DNA of 64,000 nucleotides from Chlorokybus atmophyticus (Eukaryota; Plantae; Mesostigma and Chlorokybus algae): NCBI GenBank assembly GCA_009103225.1, contig RHPI01000733.1, positions 102,523 to 166,522 of the forward strand, read 5' to 3'. Shown piece by piece: positions 27,310 to 35,939 of this stretch (position 1 is its first letter; each line of letters starts with the position of its first letter). The notes under the pieces were generated by a model. It saw only the letters and a program-made list of their open reading frames with translations, ran no database searches and was not told where the DNA came from. The position numbers and the translations under genes were made by a program.

Positions 27310-29795
27310 CGGGGGCTACAACAACAGCAACCACGCTGGCGGCTACAACAACAGCAACAACGCTGGTGGTCGCAACAACGGCAACAATGCTGGTGCCCGC
27401 AAGGGAAAAGCTGGCTACAGAGGAAAACCGCCCTCCACAGCACAAAGGACCTGAGGGACGTCCTCGCGCTGGAGCTGCTGCTGTAAAGGCACCAACCAAT
27501 GCACCGGCTATTGACCAAGTGGCAGCCCTGATGGCGCGCGTCGCACAGCTGGAGGAGAACAAGGAGCAGGACTATCAAGCCTGCTATGCTGCTAAGTGGG
27601 CACTAATGGCACCAAAACCGGATAGGGACACTCCCACGCCGTCACGCGTACAACCATCAAGACGTGCGCGCAGGGAAGCTGGCGCGTCGTCAACAGCGGC
27701 ATCGTCGGACGCCACAAGTGGTGCTGCCTCGGCAGCCACAACCACTGCTGGGACGACGCCATCGACGACACCGTCGGCGTCCACACCGACCACGACAGCA
27801 GGTGTCAGCACTCTTGGCACCACGCTGTCCCCGGTGATGGAGAGCACCCACGCCGCAACAACTATGGTCGTTGGGTTCGTAAGTGGTGAATCCACCACTC
27901 CTGCCTCCATCGAAGCGACCACATCGGCCGCAACTGCTGCCACCCTCACAGCCGCCACCTCAGTAACGACGACTGCTGCAGGCGCCACCACCATCGCTTC
28001 CAATAATGCTGCCACACCCACTGCACCACTTCCTGAGGTTCGAACAGCACCGCCACCAGCGCTGGACGTCACACAGCAAGTGCCACGCGGGCCACAAGCA
28101 GAACGCGCCTGGGCGTCGGTTCTACGCAACGTGGAGCCCACCACCATTGCATACGGACCAGGGGGGCAACGCACCACGCGCGTGGCACGCAATGATCGCA
28201 TCTTGCCCCTACCACCTCTAGAGTACCACACGCTGCCGGAACCCACACAACAGCAGCTGGAGGATGAAATCCTCGCCGGCACTGCACCAGAGATGAGGGA
28301 TCCTCTCTTCGGGGTCACCTACCGGCGACCTGCAGTATTGGAGCTGGCCATCCAGTTGTTCCTGGCATTACACGCACGATTGCAGAGCGCACCCAGCCAA
28401 ACGCGGCAACCCATGCCCGCTCAACAGATCGACTTCGAGCCCTCGCCACTAGACCCACTCGGACTCCAGCGCCACAAAATACAAGTCCTCGTGGTCACCA
28501 TGTCAGACATCGCACTGGGCGCTGATCCCGCTCTCCGGGGGCTCACTCCAGTCAGTCGTCAAGAGCGTTTCTCTGCCCTCGAACAGGCCCATCGTTATCG
28601 GGTGGACCAAGCTGCCCAAGTGGACGCGCGCCGACAGGCGTACGAAGCAGCACACGCCGTTATCGTACCAACCGTAGCGCCGGCAAATGTTGCCAGCGCC
28701 TTTACGACGCTGACCACAGAGTACTCCACGGCAGTCGCCATCGAACAGCCAGGACAAGCAACTGTTGCGGACCAAGCGAGGGCGTTGGCGCAACAATTGA
28801 GGGGGTAATCGCCCCGCTGCTGCCTCCTTTGGTCGCAGACATGCCCGAGGATCAACGCGATGCAGGGCGAGGGTACCTTACCCCGCAAGGGGACACCACA
28901 CAACGAGGCGGAGCTGGTATGGTGGGGGAGCAACAACTCCGTACCGCACTCATCCGGCAAGCAGTCATGTTGCACAGGCCTGAGGGCAATACGTTAAGAC
29001 AGATGATGGGGATGCAAGAGGGCAGCGCCGCACGAGCTCGTCTCGTGACATGGCTCGTTGCCAATCACCCTGCTGTCCCCCTGTTTGCCTTTAGCAACCG
29101 AGCATCATGGTTGGGGGCATTCGTGTATTCGCTGCGACAAGCACACGATTAGGCTGCCACCACAGCCCCGGACACGCTGGAGGGAGTGCAAGAGGCAATG
29201 CTGCGGCTGCCAGGGGTGGAAGCCGCACGGCAACGGCTGCGCATCGCCATTGCTCATGAGCTACACGCACAGCGGGCTGACCTCCAGCGCACCCTACGCG
29301 CGTGCGCCATGACCGTGCTTAATGTGGGAGTGGTACAAGGAAGGTGGGATGCCTACATGGCAGGGATCTTGCGAGTCCCCACCATCACTCACAACATGCG
29401 GCGACAGCTACTACGCGCCGTATACCTGCAGCCCATGCCTCAATATCATCATTGGACCGACACGGACACGGAGCCCACGGCCACGTGGGAAGGGACGTTG
29501 GTCAGAGAGGCGGCTCATGCTGTCCACTGGACGTACGCCGCGGAGCAAGCCGAACGCGAGGCAGGCCCACAAACACCAGGTCCGCCGGGGTTTCCTCCAC
29601 AGCCATTGGGTACACCCGCGGGCATGATTCCATCTTCGCAGAGGCGGCATCCACCTGCGCCGCCACAACCAGCGCCGGAACCTCCAGCACCGAGGCCCCC
29701 CCGGGTCTACCAACCACCACGACAAGGTCGGTTCGGCAGAGGGAGGGCAAGGAGGGGGTTCTTCGGACCCAGCAGGCAGAGGAGCTCTGGCTGCC
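25803..29795 (+). pseudogene. Gag plus long linker of the Gypsy element (frameshifted)
   Basis: RFSGRPG...SLDEF motif; frame changes near 26747, 27440, 28805 and 29700-29790; CHRCG*HGHYQKEC and CDYCHKMGHLETVC zinc knuckles (27092-27200). Confidence 0.8.
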
Positions 29796-30503
29796 ATGCG
29801 CTCAGCATCTCCAGCTGAGACAACTGAGGCAAAGGCGCAGATAGCTCGTATGAAGAGGCTGCGTATCGACGCCAATGCTGCCATGGTGGCCAACCAAGGC
29901 AAGCACGTTACCATCAACGGCCTGGCACCCAAGCGAGTAATGTTGGACACCGGAGCACAGCCTGTCATCATCGGGCGCTTCCTCGCGCGGTCCCTCGGCA
30001 TAACCAGCTCCGACTTAAGGTGCCTTAGCCGAGATAAGGTGATGGGAGTCACCAGGGAGGCCTTTTGCATTCGGTTGACAGGGCTGGACCTGACCCACAC
30101 AACCGAGATCGTCCAGCAATGTGTGGTCACCAATGCCGGCTCCTTCGACTTTCTGCTTTGGCAGGACTTCAACTTTCCTGTGGGCATGGGCCTCAACTGC
30201 TGGACAGAGCGAGCGTGGTTTCGGCCACATTGGGATGAGGATGACGGGGAGGTGCAGGGTTTTCTGCCTCTCGAGTTGGTCTCGCGCACGCGCGCCAAAT
30301 GCAGAGTGGCTGCCGTGGCCATGCGCAGCCACGCCCGCACACGGGAGGCTGCAACGGCCACATACGCCGGCGCTCGGACGCAAGTCGCTGCTGGTGCCAC
30401 GGCCCCGTGTCGAATCGTCGACTCCTCTCCCACCCCGTACAACGAGGAGCAGGAGGATGCCACCGTGGAATTAGCATTACAAGACCCAGCTGAACGGCGC
30501 TAG
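29796..30503 (+). CDS. Retroviral-type aspartic protease of the Gypsy element
   Basis: HVTINGLAPKRVMLDTGAQPVIIG and downstream FDFLLWQDF (usually LLG). Clearly homologous to the protease at 49772-50250. Confidence 0.85.
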   Translation: MRSASPAETTEAKAQIARMKRLRIDANAAMVANQGKHVTINGLAPKRVMLDTGAQPVIIGRFLARSLGITSSDLRCLSRDKVMGVTREAFCIRLTGLDLTHTTEIVQQCVVTNAGSFDFLLWQDFNFPVGMGLNCWTERAWFRPHWDEDDGEVQGFLPLELVSRTRAKCRVAAVAMRSHARTREAATATYAGARTQVAAGATAPCRIVDSSPTPYNEEQEDATVELALQDPAERR

Positions 30504-30647
30504 CGCGCACAGGTGGATGCGCACGTCTTGCTCAGCCATCCACTGATCATCACGCGCTTCCCCAACTACCGAAGCCACATCAAGGTGCACGACCACCATA
30601 TGGTGGCCACCGGAGTGGTGGAGTTCCACACCTTTCGCAGACAACAG

Positions 30648-31625
30648 GGCATTGCAGTGTTGGAGCTGTTTGGAGGCATTGGCAGCGGTCTTGGTGCGGT
30701 CCTCAACACGGGCGTGAAGGTCGTCATATACTATTACTGCGACTCAGACCCACACGCGCAAACGGTTTTCAAGCACCACTTACGCTAACTGCACGCAAGG
30801 TATCCACGTCAACTACCCCTCTCGGCGCTGCAAGGCAGCCTCAAAGCATTGCCACAGGACATCCGGCTGATCACTGAAGATCACCTACTGTCCCTCGGCA
30901 ACGTCGACCTGTTAATAGCTGGATGGGAATGCCAAGGGCACTCCAGGGCAGGCAAGGGGCAAGGCCTCGAAAAACCTCGCTCCGGGCTGTTCTGGGAGCT
31001 GATGAGAATCATCCACCTCCTTCAACACCACCAGATCTCCAGACCCCTGGGGTACGTCATCGAAAATGTGCATTCAGAGGACGACAAGCGTCCGCATGTG
31101 GCCTCCAGCTACCGACAAGTTTGCTCCATTCTGGGGCACCCACTCAAGGTGAACGCGGCACGACATGGCTCGCGCGCACATCGTGTACGTGACAAATGGA
31201 CAAACTTGGCCACCGTGGAGGAACTCATGACCGCCAAATACACACGCAGCGCTCGGCCGCGCAACCTGCTGGTCAATGACATCCTTGACCCCGGCTGCAC
31301 AGCACAACCTGTCCTACGTCATGACCACAACCACTTCTACCCGTGCAATCAGCCCGGTCAGCCCCGTTGCGCACTCCCCACATTGGTGTCCTACCCGGGC
31401 TCCTACGCATTTTGGAACGGTGGTGACGGGATGGTTTTCGATGCGACCACCAACAGGCTGGAAGAACCCAACGCACACGAACGTAAACGCGCCATGGGAT
31501 TCTTCCCCAACAGCATCACGGGCTTAGCGCTGACAGATAGTCAGCAATGCCAGCTGCTTGGTCGCGTCATGGACCAGAACAGCATGGTATGGCTGCTGGA
31601 GCTGAGCTTCGCATTGCTGGACCGC
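30648..31625 (+). pseudogene. C5 cytosine-specific DNA methyltransferase domain embedded in the Gypsy pol, one internal TAA
   Basis: Motif I VLELFGGIGSG; motif IV DLLIAGWECQGHS; V RSGLFWE; VI YVIENV; VIII GSRAHRVRDKWTN; IX ERKRAMGF; X LLGRVMD. Same frame as PR and RT; TAA at 30786. Confidence 0.92.
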
Positions 31626-31742
31626 CACGTGTCCTTCGAGGATCTTGAACACTTGGCTGGGGGGGGGTGGGCTGATCGCGTAGCCGACACCAAGGCAGCT
31701 CACACAGCCCTCGAGGTGGTCCACATGGAGGAGTAAGCAGCA

Positions 31743-34700
31743 GTGACAGTGGAGGACATTCCCGTGGTTGCCAATGCAACCTCCTGGGACCATGCCATGG
31801 GCCCGTTGGCCACCGAAGACACTCGAGAGAAGCTGAAGGCTCTCCTTAACAAATGGAGGAGCCAATTCAGCTTCAATGTGAAGGAATTGGGTACCAGCTC
31901 AGTGTACCAGATGGACATCGAGCTGGTGGACACTAAGCCGGTGTGCCGACGACAATACAGGCTCTCCAAGTTGGAAGAGGACTTGGTGGAACAGATATGT
32001 AAGGCGCTGCTTGATGCAGACCTTATCGAAGAGTCCACAGCGGACTTCGCAGCAGCAACCGTCATGCCACTGAAGAAGGATTCAGCAGGCAACTGGGCAG
32101 AGCGACGCATGTGTGGCGACTATCGCCCCCTCAACAACAAGACCAAGCAAGACCGGTACCCCATGCCCACAGCAGAGGGTATCTTTGATGATGTGGGAGA
32201 CTGCACAGTCTTCAGCATCCTGGACATGCGTCAGGGGTACAACCAAATCGCCATCAAGGACGAGGACAAGCACAAGACCTCCTTCTGGGGCAACCGACAG
32301 TTGTACCAATGGAAGGTAATGCCGTTCGGGCTGAAGAACGCCCCCGCCAAGTTTCAACGCGTCATGGACAAAGCCTTGAAGGGGCTGGACTGCGCGCGGT
32401 GCTACATCGATGACATCCTCATCTTCAGCCGCAGCAATGAGGAGCATCTTCAGCACATTGAAGCGGTGCTGGAACGACTCAAGGGAGTGGGGATGACCGT
32501 ACACCCCGACAAGTGTACCTTGTTCTCCCACAAGGTGCCGTACTTAGGGCACATGATTGTGCCCCATGGTGTGTATGTGCAGCAGGCAAAAGTAGAGGCT
32601 CTGGCAGCTATCCCTGCCCCAACAGACCTCACACGTCTGCGCACTTTCTTGGGACTTGCCAACTACTATCGCCGGTTCGTGAAGGACTTCGCGAAGATCG
32701 CAAGGCCCCTCGACGAGCTACTGAAGAAGGAGGTGGAGTTCGCGTGGAAGGAGCCGCAACAGCAGGCTTTCGAGGAGCGGAAGAGCAGGCTCACCAGCGC
32801 TCCCATCCTTCAACGTCCAGACTACGCCAAGCCTTTCATCCTTCACACCGACTGGAGCAAGCGGGGGATGGGAGCGGTGCTGGTGCAGCACGATGAGAAC
32901 AAGAAGGAGCGGGTGGTGTCATACGTCAGCCGAAGCAACAACAGCGCCGAGGCCAACTACAGCAGCCATGAAGGGGAGTACCTCGCTGCAGTGTGGGCCA
33001 TCTCCTTCTTCCGACCTTTCCTCATTGGTCGACAGTTCCAGCTGATCACCGATCATCAGCCCCTCAAGTGGCTGATGACCAACCAACATCTGACAGGGAA
33101 ACTTGCTCGATGGGCCCTGCTATTGCAGGAATACGACTTCGAGATCGACCACCGCGCTGGCCTCACCAACCAAGACGCCGATGGCCTCAGTCGCAACCCT
33201 CACCTCAGCACCATCGACGCAGCTGAAGCTCGGCATGAGCTCGTCCCTTCAGCAACAGCCCCCACCATGGCAGCGATGTTTGATGCTGCCGCATTGCGCT
33301 CAGGGCGCAAGACCAACACCACGGCCTCAGCAGTGGCAGAGAAGATTCCTGCCCTTGAGTCTACCGGCCCTGCGGCAACCACACCCTTGGGAGACGCCCA
33401 CGCAGCCGACATTTACGTCGATGACACAGAGCTGGCGCCCACGGACACCGGGCAGGATATATGGCAGGACAAGCCATTACTCTCCTTTCTTCAAAGTGGT
33501 CAGCTTCCCTCCGGCATGAGCGCCCGAGAGAAGGACCGAGTCACCCAACACACCCGTCACTATCAATGGGCAAGTGCCAAGCTGTATCGCTTCCACAACG
33601 AAGACAAGGAAGTGCCGACACCGGTCACGCGCGAGGGCATCATCACTTCCCTCCACATTGAGCTTGGACACTTCGGTGTCAAGCGTACAGTCAGCCTAGT
33701 GCGGGCACAATATTGGTGGTATGGGTTAACAAAACAGGTGCAGGGGTTCGTCAGCCACTGCCAGCAGTGTGACATGGTGTGCGCCAGCCTCAACACGCGT
33801 AGCGCCACCTTGCACCCACTCCCCATCTCCGGTCTCTTTTACCGATGGGGACTCGACATCTTGGGGGACTTGGCACCCTCAGCGCGTGGCAACCGTTACA
33901 TCCTGGTCATAATCGAGCACTTCTCCAAATGGGTGGAGCTGGTACCATTGCCCGACAAGAGCAGCAGGGGGGTGTCTCAAGCCTTCCTCTCTCACGTTTC
34001 CAGCCGATTTGGCAGCTGCGCCGAGGTCATCACTGACCAAGGTACTGAGTTCAGAGGGGAATTCGACACCCTCTTGGACAAATGTTACATCGACCACCGC
34101 CGTACCTCGCGTGATCACCCTCAAGCCGACGGCCTCGCCGAGCGTACAGTACAGACCATCAAGAAGGCACTCCGCAAGTACGTGCTGGAGTACGAGAAGA
34201 ACACTTGGGATGATCACCTCCCGTGGGTGGCCCTCGGATATCGATATTCAAAACAGGCGGCTCTGCGGGAGTACAGCCCGTACTACCTGCTGTTCGGGCG
34301 ACCACCATTGCTCCCCTTCCGGGCGCAGCAGAAGGTGGATCGCGTCGTAAACAACCTCGACGACCTTGACTGGATGCACCACGACATCACCACGCGCGCC
34401 GCGCTTTTCGAGCGCACCGTCCCCATGGCCTTCAACAACCTGCGCATCGCGCAGCATCGCGACACGCTGCGCTACGAGCGCGTACGCAGCGGCTTCTACA
34501 AGGAGCGCCAACGGCGGTTCCAAGCGGGGGACTTTGCCTATCGCATGGCAGCCACCAAAGACACGCTTGACACCTCCGTAGGCCGCACCGTCTACAAGGT
34601 ACTCAAAGTGTACCCCACAGGGGTGCTGGACCTCCTTGGTCAAAACGGAGAGAGGTTGAAGGACAACATGGTGACCTGTGCGCCATGTCACCTTCCTTAT

Positions 34701-34916
34701 GTAGCCGGCTTCGGGCGTATTCAACACCCTTGTCCCGCGCGCAGCACACGCTGTGAACGCTGCGGCAGCGACGGCGACAACGCACTCATGATGCTTTGCG
34801 ATGGCTGCAACAAGGGCCTGCATTGCTACTGCCTGGAGCCACCTTTGGACACAATACCTATGGAGGAATATTGGTGCAACGATTGCCGTACCAACGGCCC
34901 TCCTCACTTGCGCTAG
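31743..34916 (+). CDS. Open 1057-aa RT-RNaseH-integrase-PHD segment of the Gypsy pol
   Basis: Uninterrupted ORF with YIDD, DDE triad residues and a C-terminal C4HC3 finger. Confidence 0.95.
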   Translation: MTVEDIPVVANATSWDHAMGPLATEDTREKLKALLNKWRSQFSFNVKELGTSSVYQMDIELVDTKPVCRRQYRLSKLEEDLVEQICKALLDADLIEESTADFAAATVMPLKKDSAGNWAERRMCGDYRPLNNKTKQDRYPMPTAEGIFDDVGDCTVFSILDMRQGYNQIAIKDEDKHKTSFWGNRQLYQWKVMPFGLKNAPAKFQRVMDKALKGLDCARCYIDDILIFSRSNEEHLQHIEAVLERLKGVGMTVHPDKCTLFSHKVPYLGHMIVPHGVYVQQAKVEALAAIPAPTDLTRLRTFLGLANYYRRFVKDFAKIARPLDELLKKEVEFAWKEPQQQAFEERKSRLTSAPILQRPDYAKPFILHTDWSKRGMGAVLVQHDENKKERVVSYVSRSNNSAEANYSSHEGEYLAAVWAISFFRPFLIGRQFQLITDHQPLKWLMTNQHLTGKLARWALLLQEYDFEIDHRAGLTNQDADGLSRNPHLSTIDAAEARHELVPSATAPTMAAMFDAAALRSGRKTNTTASAVAEKIPALESTGPAATTPLGDAHAADIYVDDTELAPTDTGQDIWQDKPLLSFLQSGQLPSGMSAREKDRVTQHTRHYQWASAKLYRFHNEDKEVPTPVTREGIITSLHIELGHFGVKRTVSLVRAQYWWYGLTKQVQGFVSHCQQCDMVCASLNTRSATLHPLPISGLFYRWGLDILGDLAPSARGNRYILVIIEHFSKWVELVPLPDKSSRGVSQAFLSHVSSRFGSCAEVITDQGTEFRGEFDTLLDKCYIDHRRTSRDHPQADGLAERTVQTIKKALRKYVLEYEKNTWDDHLPWVALGYRYSKQAALREYSPYYLLFGRPPLLPFRAQQKVDRVVNNLDDLDWMHHDITTRAALFERTVPMAFNNLRIAQHRDTLRYERVRSGFYKERQRRFQAGDFAYRMAATKDTLDTSVGRTVYKVLKVYPTGVLDLLGQNGERLKDNMVTCAPCHLPYVAGFGRIQHPCPARSTRCERCGSDGDNALMMLCDGCNKGLHCYCLEPPLDTIPMEEYWCNDCRTNGPPHLR
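34752..34886 (+). other. PHD finger at the integrase C-terminus
   Basis: CERC-x10-LMMLCDGCNKGLHCYCLEPPLDTIPMEEYWCNDC gives the Cys4-His-Cys3 spacing and the L-x-PPL/W signature. Confidence 0.92.
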
Positions 34917-35939
34917 CAGCTGAGCTCTGAAGCTGGAACCTCCCCCAGAGCCCAGGGGGGGTGGCTTGTTGACTTTGTGTGCTACAGCACAGCATGTACA
35001 CTAGGGAGAACACCAACTCCACCTGCCCGTACTACCCAGCAGCAGCACACCAGCTGCACGAAGCACTTGTCACCATGAGGGTTGCGGTCATCTTTCGGTT
35101 TTTGCTGCGCGTTACACAGGTGGCGCAGCAGCATGTCCAGCACCGCATGGCTGTCCATGCAGCTGTCCGAGACAGCGTGACCCTCGACTCCCCTCGACCC
35201 GACAGAGCGTATGTCAGCGTTCACTAGACTGCGCTAAGCTTGGCCGAGCCCAAATGGTCAGCGCAACAGTGATCATGCATACCAACATCAAGCATGTTCG
35301 TGCATGTTACAACAGTGTTGAAAGGTGGTGTTCGTCATGCGAGGTGTGCAGGCTCAAGTTGCGCCTTTGAAGGCTGCATTGGCGGTTTCCGTAAGGCTTG
35401 GAGTTGCGTAGCTGTAGTTTTGTGCTATATACTAGCCCTTGTGGATAGATCTAATAGAACCGGATTCTGGATTGTATACGCATGTCCAATCGCATCCAAT
35501 ATATATCACTATGTACCGCGGCATTACCCATGCATATATTGATAATGTCATTTACTTTCTCTATATAATGCAAAGTTGCATGCTGGCTACTATGCCCATA
35601 AAGATCTTGATAATGTCGCAAACAATATCTACAATACCCATCTGCATGCGAGGAAGAATGACTGTATATGACTGTGAGCAGAATATACAATATAGATGCA
35701 CAAAGCATTATGGTAGACACTTATAACTATATTGTAGGCGACACTTTCGGACATGTGTCATGATTTTATCAAGATATTCATGGACAACATTCTGGATACT
35801 GTATACGTCAATATCAATTTTGTAGCATTGTTGATGGATTAGTTTTCACGGGTAAACTTATGTGGCGGGTCCGCAAAAAAGATACTAACCTTGATACAAA
35901 CCATATGCATATGAATTTTGCAGATATCTACAATCCTAG

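Larger units (their letters stand above)
25803..34916 (+). mobile_element. Ty3/Gypsy retrotransposon coding region, degenerate: Gag-linker-PR-DNA methyltransferase-RT-RNaseH-INT-PHD
   Basis: Gag with two CCHC knuckles; PR LDTGAQ (29946); RT RMCGDYRPLN, LDMRQGYNQI, MPFGLKNAP, YIDDILIFS; RNaseH LHTDWS, TDHQPLKWL, ARWALLLQEYDFEI; INT H-H-C-C, WGLDILG, ITDQGTEF, GLAERTVQTIK. The RT-RH-INT order is Gypsy. About four frameshifts and five in-frame stops before RT. Confidence 0.95.

Noticed and set aside
26843-30463. Long antisense ORFs across the Gypsy gag/linker
   Set aside because: Shadow frames of GC-rich, low-complexity coding sequence.
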